DNA of 32,380 nucleotides, from the NCBI GenBank assembly GCA_013115145.1, contig JAAPAO010000403.1, positions 1 to 32,380 on the forward strand, in the 5' to 3' direction. The notes under the pieces are model-generated. The model had not been told where the DNA came from and ran no database searches. It worked only from the letters and a program-made list of their open reading frames with translations. Position 1 is the first letter of the stretch, and each line of letters opens with the position of its first letter. This DNA comes from Perkinsus chesapeaki ATCC PRA-425 (Eukaryota > Protista > Perkinsozoa). This document shows positions 12,101-23,900 of the stretch, in pieces. A program made the translations under genes and the position numbers.

Positions 12101-15100
12101 AACTTACTGGAAAATTACCACTGAAGCTCGATACACATCGGCATCATGTGTGGCCCGAATATGGGAATATAACGGAAAATAGGGCCCCCTTGGAATTAGA
12201 AATAGCACATGCAATCCCACGACGAGCATCTCACGGGCGCCATGGGCGAGTAGGTGGGTTTCCCATAGGTTTAGACAGAGAGAGCTTATCTTTAGTTTTC
12301 GATTTTCCCCAGCTGTGAAGTGAGCTCAATGCTACCTCGAGCATCGGGCCACAGAGAGGCATCGGTCTGGAGGGGTCGAATAAAGTAGTTTGCAGACTGA
12401 GATAGGCCAGCAGCTCATTATCCAACTCCATGCATCGAGCCACCAAGCTCCATATTCCCGAGGCGCTGATAAAGAAGTATCTTAGGTTGAAGATGGTAAG
12501 ATATACCTTCCAGAGTCGATGACCGCACTCCAAAGATTCTTCTTGGTAAGATCTCGAGCTAAGCTCTGCAAAGATTCCTCATCCTCTATCGCACCCATGA
12601 CGCCGACGGCAGCCTCCCGCATCGCTCCGCTCGGAATTCTCAAATTCCGTTCATCGGTTATCAACGAGGGTAACTTTGGAACGACCTCGGATGCCATCTC
12701 CGGTGTCATTTTGGCGGCGATAATCGCGAGGCACTCAAGCCGGATTTCAGGCTCCTCGCTCCCATCAAAGGCGACTTCGACAACCCTCTTATCGAGCTCA
12801 TCAGAGTAGTGCACCGCCAGAACGCGCCATGCAAGCTGCCGAGTAATAACGGCCTTTCCGTTGTGTGTCAGCGGCGTCACAGCGTCACGAACACCCTCTG
12901 GGTCGACAGGGCAGCTTCCAAGAAGCCACAGAGAAGCGTTAATGGTGAAGTGGTGGCCAGCGCAGCAAGCCGCCATCGGTTGGACAATATAAGGCAGCAC
13001 ACCAAGCTGGATAGTATCCTTGCTGATAACACTATGTCCGAGCTGGACGAGAAAAGTGCACAGGAGTCTGATGGCGTGGAGAGCGAGAGGGCCGATACCG
13101 TCAGTTTGGATCAATAATAGAGTGAACGGCCACCAAAGTGAGGGACGGAAAGTGCGCTGCTTGACCGCGTCACAGGCCAAGGTGATGACTTCGACAACAA
13201 AGGCCTCCGGGGAAACTGACAATTGTCGACAAGAGCCAATGGAGCATATGATAACTTGTAGCGCCTCGACGACCTTCTCGCGAAGCTTCGGGCCGCCCAC
13301 ATTAAAAGCGTGCCGAAGAGTTTTGCCATACTGCCCGTGGACCACTTCACGTGTCTTCGCGGACATGCTACTAATATCTAGTGGTGGTCTCGATGACAGC
13401 AACACATCAAGCTTCCTCTCGTAGGCGATTCGGTGGACCTCCGGCACATCCGTAACCATATACCGCAGCTCCACGGCGGCATAGGAGTCGCCGCTCCAAT
13501 GATACTCCTCTACGTCCACCCCCATGGCTTTCAGCTCACGCGCTGCTTTGGCGCGGTCAGAGAGATCACATTTGTGCTCATCCGGGTGATGTAGGGCCAA
13601 GTAGTCTTGGTAACCGCCGACCGATAGGGATTGAAGCACCGAGGCCGCCAACGCTTCCACTCGGGCAGGACGCTCACTCCACAGCTGGGGATCCTAAAAA
13701 GGAAAAACATTTTTTCGCAGTGACGAGCTCGCTCACGAGGCTCCAGCTTATAATGTGCTCAATCAATCTATCGTTTCTCTTGCGCTGAACTAAGACGTCT
13801 TTCGACAGCATCAATATAGCCGAGCATAGATCGAATGCAGCTAACCTCCCCGGAGGCCAGGTACGGACCAGACGAAGAGCAGGGGATGCCTGATGAGAGC
13901 ATCTCTTGCGCGCCGTGGACAGCGGCCTACGTCGTAGTGATCCGAAGGGGCGAAGAACTTGACCAATGCATCAGTGACGAGGTCAAGATACTTGATAACC
14001 TCCTCTCTATCAAGGCCGAAGTCGATGAAATGACGCCTGAGAATCCCGCATGATTACCAGCCGGCAGGGCCAATGAGATATTATATCATATCTCACTTGA
14101 ACTCGCCTTCTGTCCCATGCTGAAGAAACCGCAAAGCAGCCTCTGCCGTCCTGAGCAGCGCAGGAAGTAAGTCATCATTGGGAGCTTTGATGAATGCATT
14201 TATAACACCATACAGCGCCACATGTACCAACCGGCAACAAGGCTTGGGCGACAGTCTAGGAGGACGATGTTCGAACTCTCATGGCAGTCGCCTACTTCGT
14301 ATTGAGTTGAAGCTTCTTATGAAGGCCGGAGAGGATCACATTCAGGGATTCGGCAGCCAAGTCACACGTCGAGTCCTCGGAGGAATAGTCCTGGAAAAGG
14401 GGGGCAATAACTGGAGACAATATCATTCGCTGCTTACTTCAATGTTATCACTGAGGGCTGATACAAGCGCCTCCACGACAAGGATCCCTTCTCGACTCAC
14501 AAAGACCTCTGGAGGGAAATCAAAGACCATAACATATCGTACCTGTATACGGCGGAAAGTGATAAGGGGATCTATGAAGTTAAGATGATATCTTTTAAGT
14601 TAAAAGCTGACATGGTCACTGTTAAAAGTTTTAACAGTGACCATGTCAGCAGTGTAGGAGTATGGATACGTAGGATTTGGTTTCCCGCGAGGGATGGGTT
14701 GAATCCCTCAAGACCAGACTATACGTCAATAATAACGTTTTCAGACATTGAATGTTCGCAACAAGTAAGCGGCCCCTCATGTGGAATAAATATGCAATAA
14801 TGTACAGTCAACGTGAAGATACCAGTTTGGTGATTATATTTTATAAGGGCTGATAAGCAATAAGTGATATTATTTCTCGTATCGTCAATTCACGGTTCGT
14901 ATAAATCTATCATAAATGCAGATATCCACTAATTCTCACCTCCCTCAGCGCCGATACTCTTTTGCTTCGACCAACACTCGAGTACTTGATTCGGCATGAT
15001 GCATCAAAAAGGCGTCTTTCATCTGACCGCGGCCATCCTGGACTCGAAACAGTTTTCTCCTTACCCGCACTGGACACCGTTACCAGCTCTGCCCAGCTTG

Positions 15101-16120
15101 GCCGTGCCTTAGCCTCCTCTGCGGCTTGTCCCGGAGGTTGCCTCTCAATGGCCTTGGGAGGCCTCTGCACTATTGATGAGGACGGGCCAACTTGGCTCAG
15201 TAAACATGACAGCGCGCCATCAATTTCCTCAGCGTACCTGGTCATGGAATATACAGTAATTGTTAGTTTGATATACGACATAGGATGCTTCACTTTGAAT
15301 ACAAAATTGGGGAAGGAAATTTCTAAGAATGCCCGACGGGTGTTAGTATGCTTTGCGTGGAGCTACGAACAGCAGCAGTATTAGGTCTACGCCGTACTGT
15401 ATGACGTTCACAATATCTACAAGTAATGAGGCGCAAATTAAACAAGCCAGTGAAACAGTGTACAGTGGCGGTACCTCGCCTCGAAGCCTCGGAAATCTTC
15501 GAAGAACTGAACAGCTCCACTGGAGATGAACCTGATAACAATAACACAACTTCAAACCATAAGAGACACTCGTGTCGCCATTCTTCCGGCCCAATCACGC
15601 AAATATACGGATGAAGCTTAGAATGTACTCAAACTATAAACTGGAAATCATACGGCGCGAAATTCCAGGAAAAAGCGGAAGGAAACTGCATCAAAGAGTA
15701 AAACGATGAAGACCTGCTGGGACACCTACAGGCTGTAGATTACAGCCTCTTAGCAACAGCAGCACCCTACTCACCTTTCTTTAATGTGAGCGTTTTCCGC
15801 GATACAAGTGGCCACCACTGCCGTATAGAACTTAATGAAACCCTTAACAAGACCAGTATCGGCAGTTGTATGTCTGTCGTTAAGCCAGTGGAGAGCTAGC
15901 TGAGGGAACTCCACAACTCCTAAGTCATACCGTACAAATTCCGGAATGCAATTTCTCGCTCACTCGACACAGTAGTGTAGTTTGCCAGCCCGGTGGAGGT
16001 CTTTGTTATGAGTGCCTTGGCTGCTCTGTCTCGGACATCATCCAGGTGATGACCGAGTTTAAGGCACAGTTCGTATACTGAGGCTGCTTGACGAGCAGAG
16101 TAATCATCTCCGGTTGCCAT
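9180..16120 (-). CDS. RTTN: Rotatin (RTTN/Ana3-like centriole and basal-body protein, Armadillo-like repeats), multi-exon
   Basis: The N-terminal exon LCLKLGHHLDDVRDRAAKALITK (15920-16120) resembles the RTTN_N start (as I recall human: [23 protein letters not shown]). Further matches in order: YAEEIDGAL (~15230), VMVFDFPPEVFVSREG (~14530-14490; human DFPAEIFLQRP), a 392-codon helical-repeat exon at 12482-13660, and VLALCLSP...IVDSAVEVL near 9480-9650. The 3' end is uncertain (9180-9394). Confidence 0.85.
10979..11009. repeat. Inverted repeat with 15-bp arms (one G-T mismatch) and a 1-nt centre, probably in an RTTN intron
   Basis: gccttcgtagcgtac-g-gtacgctgcgaaggc. Confidence 0.9.
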
Positions 16121-16508
16121 AAAGGAAGGATATCAAACAGTTTACGTGACCGCGTGGTAGGAAGTAGCCTCTACTATTAAATACTAATATTAACCTGATA
16201 TTTTCAGGTATCGAACTATATTGCTTGTCTGTTCACCCATGCTTTTGGAAACACATATTCGTAATTAATATTCATTTATTGTAATATGCAGTCACTTCGA
16301 AGCATGCCCAACTTTCAAGCACCTCGTTAATATCCTTAAGCTGTTACTTAAGAGAGCACTTCACCAACACCTCTATTGACCTCGATATGATCGGTGGGAC
16401 TATAACAGATTTGTCAAGTGCTAAGTAAGCACGAACCATTAATTAATAACTCAGCACCACCATCAGGAAGCCATGCGAGTAAATTGACAGTCGCCGTTGT
16501 ACAATTTC

Positions 16509-19500
16509 TCAGTTACGCAATACGTCATCGATTCTATATAGTTTCCTAGTGTTCTCGGTGCACTTGATAATCATACCGTCCACCTAAGATACGACTTTGA
16601 GGACTTCACTTCTCGGAAAGATTCCACTGGACTAAGTAATTACTCATTTTCGCCGCATGAATCGAACTTCACTTATCGAAGGCTGAGGAACACTTGAAGG
16701 CTAGGAATACTTTTCTAGCCAAGTTTTCGTTGTGTCTCAGTAATTTGACTGCTTTTCTATTCTCGAGGAACACATCTCTGTGAGACTTCTAGAAGACTTA
16801 CATCTTCGATCCCCTTTATCCTAGCAATGTGATGGGCAACAACTGGTATCATTCCACAGTGTGCCACGTTGCCTGATCACGGATTCTCAACAGCATCACT
16901 AGTTTCCTGTGACCAGCTTACCTCTATACGGTTCTGGTGCAAGATACGGACCATCAGTTTCCAGCACTAACCGATCTACTGGGGTACTGAAGATGAGATT
17001 AACGGAAATCTTCTGCATCTTAATTCCGTGGAATAATATTTCAAGTTTCAAATCCGTCAAACGAAGCTCAGATTTGTGGACATTAAAGTGGATATTTCGA
17101 GCTGTAAATGCCGTCTTTTTAAGAGTTCCCTACATTCGAACACTCTCCTGAAGGTCTCTGTTCTTTACAAACGATACCACTCCTGCATAACCAAAGTAAG
17201 CATTTGGGAAGTCAGTGGCGATAGCTCGGAGGAATCTTGGTGAATCCGAGAAGCAATGTACGTGGATACTGACAAAAACCACAAGCAAATCCATGGACGG
17301 AAGTGGCCGATAAAACACAGAAGCAAACCAATGGACGGAAGTGGCCGAGAAAACACAGAAGCAAACCAATGGACGGAAGTGGCCGAGAAAACACAGAAGC
17401 AAACCAATGGATGGAAGTGGCCGATAAACCACAGAAGCAAACCAATGGACGGAAGTGGCCGATAAAACACACAAGCAAATCCATGGACGGAAGTGGCCGA
17501 TAAAACACAGAAGCAAATCCATGGACGGAAGTGGCCGATAAAACACAGAAGCAAATCCATGGACGGAAGTGGCCGAGAAAACACAGAAGAAAACCAATGG
17601 AGTGTAACTGTAGTCAGACTGTTATCGGACAAGCGCCTGGAGGAGAGGATAGGCTCCAATGAAGAGCTTGTGTTGTGTCCACATTTTGTGACAGTATATT
17701 AGCAAGTAAAGCTTCACAATATAGTACAGATGAATATGCTCAATCTTCATTTACTCTGTGTTAGTTGATAAATTGTCGTTACACCAACAATCGATGCATT
17801 TCAGTGAGGAAATAATATCAAACTCCCGTAGATTGACGGTTTTCCCACCCACTATTGCTGTGGGTGGGAAGCAATGTAAAATTGAAAGCTGTGAATGCTT
17901 CTATAGCGCTCATTGATGCTCACGGATGTTCTCTTGGTAAATGCTGTTTCATTATCCTCATTGAGTCACTTTCAGCACAACGAAGATGCAGCACCACAGG
18001 CATACCGTCTTTTACAGGCTTCAACCCGAGCTGTGTCGCGAACACCTGAAAAAGTGTTGGAAGCGCATCAACGCTCTCTCGAGGTCGACATCTAGAACTA
18101 ATTTCGCCACACAGCATTGCTTCGACAGCAAAGCACGATATGTTAGTCTACTTCCATTGAGTTAAGATGAAACCGAACAACCGAAGCAAAACCAAACGAG
18201 ATGCTGTAAGATTCCAGTGAGACTTGTGTAATGGTCAGAATCAGTTCCGAAGACCTTCTTTTATATAGGCCATTCAAAATGCCCAGATCGGACACTTATA
18301 CAAAGCGACGGCAGACTGCTAGCCACATCAAAGTATTGTTTACCTTCTTCTGAATTTCTTTATCAACATTCCCGCCACCACCAAAGTAATCTAATCCACA
18401 TTCCCCCAAGGCGACTGCCCGAGGATGATGCGTTGCATCAATTATTGCCTTCTCGAACTCGTCATTATATCTGAAAGACGTATCCAAACCAATGTCAAAC
18501 AAGGAGGTGAAGATGTAAGTAGTAAGGTTGAGGTTACACTAGCACCCAGTGAGCTATAGAGATGCACCATATATTCATGGAAGGGATACATTTGAAGTTT
18601 CCTTTCCGTATAGGAACATCCTTCTTAGCAAGTTTTCCCATTGAATCTCCACGCCAGAATCACATTACTGCGAGGCTCGCAGTCATCTAGGCTCCAGTGC
18701 GAGCTTCCACTGACTCTCCACTGACTCTTCACTGAGAGATGACCGACTCCCTGTTGATTCGACGTACAGTGATATTGATTAAGGTACAACAGTAATAGAC
18801 AAATTAATATGACTAAATAGGAAGGCAAATTCATAACGAAAAACAATTGTTGTAAAATAACAAATTGATTTATTGAACTCTAAGGCTTATGTATAATAAC
18901 AAGTATAACACGAAAAGGTGAGGTAAGTTGAAGAAAATGCACGGAAAAAGTCAACGTCAAATGATTCTATAAATTCCGGCGCGTGGAATCCTCTGGCAGT
19001 GGGAAAGTGACCTCAGTGAGCTGCTTGAGCTTTACTATGTGATCATTGATCACTGATCAATATGGCCGATTCCCAAGTCGGCTTCGCCTCGGAAAAAATC
19101 GGAGATATTGAGCGTCCAAACTCACTCTTCGCAACAATGCGGATGGCAGCCAAATGCTCCATAAACTTTATCCTTTAAGAAATAAGATGATTTAGCAAAC
19201 TCCAGTATCTCAATGGTAGAATGGACCGTGGATCTGAGAGGGAGCAGCAGGAAGAAGAAGAAGAAGACCATTATTAGGAAGTAGGCGAGGGTTCTAGTGG
19301 AAAGACGGAACATTACAATATACGAGACTTATCATACATCCCGAAAGGAAAACAAAGTTGAAGTCCCAGCTGGGATGGTATCCTTTCGTCCTTCATCTCC
19401 TTACTTCCGGACTCAATAAATAGAAACATTCAATTGACGATTACTCAATGGGCGGCGGCCCTAGAGGGAATGAATTTGATGTTTCTTTTTATTTTGGCAA

Positions 19501-19934
19501 CATTTTTGACTGATGACCTTTTATCATATCTCCGCATAAGAAACTGGACGAGTAACACCTTTCCGTGATGCTACTAGGTCCAAGGCCCCTATTTTAAATA
19601 AAAAATACAAACAAAGGCATATACGGTATTCCTGAAAAACCTCAAGTCGACTTCACGCTGGCCCACCTTACAGTCCAAAGCCAGCTATAACGCAGCCTCC
19701 AAAACTCTCCCCAAAGTTGTCACTGGCGAAGCCATCTAGCTTTGGTAATTGCAGATCCATTTTGACGGCTATCTTGTTGCGATTGATGGCTCGACCCATA
19801 CCAGACTTCAGCATGATCCAATCAAGATGACAGTGTGAGTCCCAGAATCTGAAACCGTCCAGCGTTGTTGCCTACATGCGCTTGAGAGATACAGTGCTGT
19901 TAATACATTTTGAGTTCTGGGCTGAAATTTCATG
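16509..19934 (-). CDS. tatD: TatD-family metal-dependent nuclease, multi-exon; start uncertain
   Basis: Motifs in order: FWDSHCHLD (~19848-19822), YGAFGCHPH (~19160), AVALGECGLDY (~18400), VVLHLR (~17980), IHVHCFSDS (exon from 17268), YFGYAGVVSF and LVLETDGPYLAP (~16950). The last exon VDGMIIKCTENTRKLY...* spans 16509-16583. The ATG at 19934 joins in frame through a 35-nt intron, but a more upstream start is possible. Confidence 0.93.
17274..17601. repeat. 38-bp minisatellite, about 8.5 copies, in a TatD intron
   Basis: Unit aagcaaa(tc/cc)atggacggaagtggccga(t/g)aaaacacag; full copies start at 17283, 17321, 17359, 17397, 17435, 17473, 17511 and 17549. There are no unique spacers. Confidence 0.97.
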
Positions 19935-20988
19935 TCCGTGAGGAAGAAAATTTCTGAAAATTTTTACTAAATTTTCCTTTTTCTGTTTTTCCAAACTCGA
20001 AGGTATCACATATTCTATGAAGATTGGTTCAGGAAATTTAATATCTCACCTGAAAAGTAGAACGCAGCAAATAAATGGTCTACCTCAACCGTGTAACCAC
20101 ACAAGAGCTGATTTCCTACAAGGGTCTCGGCCGCACTTACATTTGCGTTTCCGGGGGCGGCGGAACAGTTATCTCAGATTTAACGTTACATTCATTTTGA
20201 AAGTTCTGATTATACCGTACATCACCAGATCGCATGGGCCTTCTCGGAGCTGCTCCCTTACCTGAGAAAGTTATCTATCACACAGCAAGTCTAGAAACAC
20301 CTGCGAACACTGCGAGGTCCACAATTTGTGGAAATTAAACAGTGTTGAGCTCGTGAAGCAGTAAATGCAGTCGTCCAGGACCGAATGTGCATTTTCCTGA
20401 GTCGTTTCGCAGGCCCGATTCCGAGGCGCATTTCCCAAGTCCAACGGAGAGGAATCAAATAGTGCGTTGAATATTTTACCGAAAACGGTTTCTATGGTTA
20501 AGTCACACCTTTCCCTTTCCCTTTGCCTTTTCCCTTTCCTTTCCCCTTTGCAGTAGTCTTATTATCATCACAACAACCCGTGCATCCCCAAGAGCGCTTT
20601 ACCGACCAATCAGTGTAGGAGTAATAGGAGGAGTTGTAGGGCATAGGACTATGTACAATACGGAAAGGGACGTCCTGGACGGTAGTAGTACTCAAGGATC
20701 CACGTAGAGAAAACCTTGTGAGATTTACTTCCTTGAAAAAGTTGCCGTATTTCTTTCCCTTATACAAATGGCAGCACCAGTAATAATATTTATATAAATA
20801 TTAGTTTCTATTTTATCATAAGTAACGAATATCAATTATTATTATAATACTACCTAATAAACAAGAATCATAATAGTAGAAATAATAATACGTAGAGATA
20901 ACCAGACTCTCATTATTAACAACCTAACCAGACACGAATCGACCTTAGATACGATCTTTTATGAGTAGTAAACGTAACATCTATCCCC

Positions 20989-23900
20989 TTATTTCTTCGC
21001 CTTCTTCGCCGGAGGTTGCTGCGATGGCGGGATAGGTGGCATCGATCTCTGTGGCGGTAGCGGTGGCATACCTTAAGTCTAGACATGACAGCCAGCCTCT
21101 CAACCCACCTTACCTGGCAGGCCTCCTCTCGCACCGAACAGCCCTGGCATCTGGTTCGCCGCATCCGTTACGTTACTGGCTTGCGGACCAGCGTCATAGG
21201 AGGCTGTCATCATAGATTGTTCCGCGGCAACCGACGCCTAATCGAAAATCTCAACGAAGAGGAAAACTTGAACTGCCGCGACCTACCTGATGTTCAATTT
21301 CCTCCTCTACGGTACCGAACAGATCTGGCCTCTTGATGATGAAGCTGGCCAAGTTGGACTCGATATTCGCTTGATCGTAGTTGGTATCCTGTCTGGCTCG
21401 ATCGAGGACCTGGGAAACATCAGGACAGATAACATATCAAAGTGGCCTGCCTTCTCCTTCTGCTCCTTCCATTTCGGGTCAAGCAGTACAACACGCAGAT
21501 GCTCTGAGAGCTCGCTGGCTCTGATCATTTGTCCAGTTATCGGACACTTAACCTGATAAAGATACGACATGGATAATGACAGTATCGAGGAGCAGCGAGC
21601 GGATAAACTTTAGTGAAGGTTAACGTGTAAACAGATTAGGATTTCAGCAATACATAATAAAGTAGCTTACTGAATAATAATAAAGTAGCTTACTAATTAA
21701 TAATAAAGTAGCTTACTAATTAATAATAAAGTAGCTTACTTAANNNNNNNNNNNNNNNNNNNNNNNNNNNNNNNNNNNNNNNNNNNNNNNNNNNNNNNNN
21801 NNNNNNNNNNNNNNNNNNNNNNNNNNNNNNNNNNNNNNNNTACTGAATAATAANNNNNNNNNNNNNNNNNNNNNNNNNNNNNNNNNNNNNNNNNNNNNNN
21901 NNNNNNNNNNNNNNNNNNNNNNNNNNNNNNNNNNNNNNNNNNNNNNNNNNNAATAAAGTAGCTTACTAATTAATAATAAAGTAGCTTACTAATTAATAAT
22001 AAAGTAGCTTACTAATTAATAATAAAGTAGCTTACTAATTAATAATAAAATAATCCGATAACTAATAATGATTTATTTCGATAATTAATAATAACGATAA
22101 TTTGATAATTTGTAATGAGATAATACATAATAAAACAACTTGACCATTCAACTTGACAGGTACATTATGTACCAACTCAAAAGGGAGGTGTGGCTACAAA
22201 AGACACTCACCAATCTGCCGTCATCTTCACTAGACTCTACCGCCCTCTTCGGTTTACGATGATAATCAGTTCGAACCACTGCCGGTGCCGGGGCAACTAA
22301 ACACGGGATTCTGCTAGGTGATGGAAGTGAAGTGCGTACGTTCCGGCAAAGGAAGTGCTTCAGCTGGAGGCTCCTCCTCTTCTTCATCCTGTCTTTCGAC
22401 ATCAGCTCTCATGGCACTGGTCGAGGCCTAATGGAGGAAAAAAGTAAGATCAAGTATTTTAAAATTTTATGATTACAGGTCGGAATCTAGTGTAACATTT
22501 CTACTATTGAGTACGCACCTTATACAGGAAAATAAGGGAAAAACAAAACCCGGGCAAGCGTGATTGATATAGAAGATGTAGCACCCACACACTCCGTTAA
22601 ACACTACGAAAATTCCGCAGCTCGAACACCTGGCATGACTACCAGAGGTTAGAAAGTCCAGACACCAAACCGGCAAGAATGGTCATTAAAATTCTAGTAA
22701 TGAAAGAATGACTGGAGCCGCTCTTACATTCCCACACTCCCCTGGGAGACATCGGAGCATATGCACACGCTCGAATTAAGCTAATCTTTCCTCAGATGTG
22801 ACTGAGTAAATATTAGTTGTTGATATCACAACTATTGGTTAGACAGTACTGTCTATGAGGACCAAGAGCATTACAAAACCCCACTCAACAGAGATAAGAT
22901 ATTCCCATCCAGCTCACCACCTTAGCCATCTCTGGTGGCATGTCGTCCATCTGCATCTCCTCTCCTTCATCTTCGATCTCCATCTCCTCCTCCTCTTGGA
23001 CAAATGTCGGCCCCTAAACATTACGACCAGTACGACCATAAAAGAGGAACCAACATCAATACCGGGAAAATGATACGCATGCACCCTCAATGCTCCCATG
23101 CTACGATATGAATTACATACCTCCACATTAATACTTCATTTTTATATTACTAAGAGTGAACCCCGACCGCCAGTGTTGCTCGGAAAGAGGCAGCGTATGG
23201 AGGAGAGGTGGTAAGCTCTTGTGGCGTGCGCACTTTCAGCACACAACCAAGGGACAACTTCTACGGCGGATCGTTGATTTTTATTGCGCAAAGTTTATGA
23301 AAATTAATCACGCACCATAACGTACAAATTATACATTAATTATTCCAATATATAATACAGCCATTAACTCCACTCCCAACATCAGTAACATAATATTTCG
23401 ATTCGGGTTTACAAATGCACCTAGCCTGCTCACCGCGCCTGCTCCTCCTCCTCCAATAACCTCCTTCTCCTTCGATATAACAGCTCTAGCTGCTTGGGCA
23501 CTCCCCACCAACGTCTGTGGCGCCTCCGACACAGGACGCTTACCTGTACACAAAATATGCCACCATTTACAAAAAAGGCCTACCAGTAGTGCCGAGGATT
23601 GGTGGAGGGAGAGGTAGCTCATCATCCTCCGCTTTGAAGTCAATTGTCTCAACAACAACGAAGGAATGCCAATCCACCGCTGCCATCTGGATCCTAACAG
23701 CCACGCGGTACTCAGTAAAAGTGGTGAAAGTACTCATTGGCAATCTAGAGCTCACCCAACGTCAGTAAACTCCTTGCACTACTTAATAATATAACAGAAC
23801 TCATACGAACAAAACGGCGACATATTAGTATATAAGAACTCGCACATATACTCGAAAAATGCACTGTGGCTGCTGTACTGTTGGTGGCACGCAAGAACGC

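Noticed and set aside
12519-13424. + strand ORFs of 96, 102 and 134 aa
   Set aside because: They are antisense shadows of the large RTTN exon and contain no recognisable motifs.
17130-17702. Cys/Phe-rich and Lys-rich ORFs in six frames, and a possible CRISPR reading of the 38-bp array
   Set aside because: The ORFs are by-products of a stop-poor tandem repeat. The units abut with no unique spacers, no cas genes are present and the context is a eukaryotic intron. Only the in-frame splice possibility is kept as a finding.
18625-18846. 73-aa - strand ORF and short ccactgactct repeats
   Set aside because: The flanking TatD exons join in frame without it (CHPHCCEE to YNDEF), so it is intronic. 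The repeat is too short to be significant.
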